A stretch of 64,000 nucleotides of DNA from assembly GCA_046563655.1 (NCBI GenBank), contig CM102290.1, positions 12,090,001 to 12,154,000 on the forward strand. Direction: 5' to 3'. The DNA is from Yuukianura sp. NJ FZ-2021. Its lineage: Eukaryota. The position numbers were made by a program, and so were the translations under genes. A model generated the notes under the pieces. The model searched no databases, had not been told where the DNA came from, and saw only the letters and a list, made by a program, of their open reading frames with translations. Shown here piece after piece: positions 62,435 through 64,000 of the stretch (positions are counted from its first letter, which is position 1; each line of letters begins with the position of its first letter).

Positions 62435-64000
62435 ATGCGTTTGGGACAATTGGGACAAACATTTGGGAAAAAGCTAAAAAGCGAGAATATTCCTTTTGAA
62501 AATTCAAATTTCGAAATCATTCCCGCCTTCCGAATAGATAGTATAACTTCTCAATCTACTTTTTTAATTAGTCTCCGTGTCCGTTGAGTTCTAATTAATG
62601 ATTCCAAGACGACGGTCAGACTTTACATGAAATTCATCATCACTCAAGTTCATTAGCGGAAATCAAGTGTGCGCATGAGTCCGTTTCCAAACAGTTCTCT
62701 CCGCTAATCAAGTTTCATGAGTCTTCTGACTTCTATTACCTACAACACTACAGTTCACCATTAAACGCCATACGGTATATTTTAAATTCAAAAATTGCCT
62801 CCCCGGGGGAACATGAAGAATAGGATTCGGTCGGAACAGAGAGCGAGAGAGCCTTTGCCTTAATTAACAACTACCTGTTAAACCTAATTGTGTCAATAGA
62901 CTCTAATAATGGCGGGAACCTTTGGTGCGACCTCTTGCGCCATGCGCAGAATGTCCGAAGGAATGCCAATGCCAAAGTGTTTTCCTCTGTGTTTTTCAAT
63001 TTAGCAAATTTCGCAATAACTAAGTTGTGACTATTATGCTAAAAAGAGAACAAATAAAAATAGTCAAGTCACTTTGGCATGTGGAGACTTCAAAGACAGT
63101 CTTATGGGCAGATGAGCTGCAATTGCAAAAAAATGAGCCATGGTTGCAAAAAATGAGACAATGGGCTCCTTGGAAGAAGGTTCAACAACAATTGTTAATT
63201 TCCTTCTATTCATTCCTTTATCTCCCTTTGGGATCTAAAGAAGCATTTAAACTTCAGCGCCAAAGGGGTCTCACTTTGCCCCCGAAAACACCTTCAATTC
63301 AAAATATTTGCTGACCTGTGTGACTCTTCCAGGAATCGAATAAGTTTTAACATATTCGGGATGAGTCATGTGATCAATTCTAGAAATAGAATTAAATTGC
63401 AAATTCATTGAGGTACTTCAATGTCCAAGTTTCAACGTGAGTAATAGTTCTAAAGTGGAAGTGGAACTGGCTCATATGTCAGGTTGACAAGGAAGAGGGA
63501 ATTTACCCCCCCCCCCCTCCAGGGGGTAGGGGGGGGGGTCTGGGGAAGTTTGAGAATGACACTGACGCTGTGGACAAGGATTGATTGGCATTACTCATTT
63601 TATAAAGTCAATGGAAATCGATTCAATTGAAAAAAAAGTTGGATCCGGATCAAAAGTTTACATCTTTGGAGCTGCATCGCTTGCACTGCCTCGATCTTTT
63701 CTCGTGCCACTTGAATTTGAATCTTCCCGCTCCGTCTTCTAAACTTTTGTGTTGGCTATGCCCGCCATCTCATCACAATTTCAAATTGAGGTGGACCTGA
63801 AAAATGGTGCAAATCAAAAGTTTTCCTTGTTGAAGTTCTTGTTCAAGTTTAAACCTTGCTTTGGTTTCTTTTGTAGCAGATGAAAAAGTGTGGTTCTGGA
63901 ACTGAAATTGTTGCTCATAAATCATGCCAACAAAGGCGCTTTGGATTTCCTAGTGGCTGGCTAGAGATGAATGGTTTTGAACTGTTCTCGAATTCAATTT

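Noticed and set aside
1..64000. Most of the short six-frame ORFs (e.g. 37401-37973, 37234-37731, 39868-40287, 61250-61678)
   Set aside because: No recognisable domains, composition driven by homopolymer runs, many non-ATG starts, and located inside inferred introns.
32153..64000. Ephrin exon 2, nested genes, tRNA or rRNA genes in the long intron
   Set aside because: No ephrin core motifs or RNA-gene signatures recognised by eye; small exons or ncRNAs could have been missed.

Overview
Eukaryotic, intron-rich, AT-rich animal DNA, most likely an arthropod (inferred from TTAGG-type motifs, ecdysone-response-like IR1 elements and the protein sequences; species not determined). Almost all listed six-frame ORFs are spurious. 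A compact gene island lies between two giant introns. The window opens inside a >19 kb intron of an onecut (CUT-homeobox) gene, whose two homeodomain exons are at 19155-19273 and 19356-19724 (+). Next is a ~3 kb Helentron/HINE-like element (23012-26030). It is built from ~321-bp fold-back tandem repeats and carries an intact, spliced OTU deubiquitinase-like gene (-, ~331 aa) whose predicted last exon has a LANA/IL-33-like RLRSG nucleosome-anchor motif and an NLS. A complete 4-exon RNF11 gene follows (26744-27776, +), then the first coding exon of an Ephrin gene (32031-32152, +), whose >31 kb intron fills the rest of the window. Also present are a 5'-truncated CRE-like non-LTR insertion with an 11-bp TSD, three copies of a CAAGG-ended MITE with 8-bp TSDs, two dense clusters of IR1 nuclear-receptor palindromes around the Ephrin first exon, and many dispersed E2F+CHR-like composite motifs. 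The best candidate for an undescribed system is the mobile element carrying a putative chromatin-targeted deubiquitinase.
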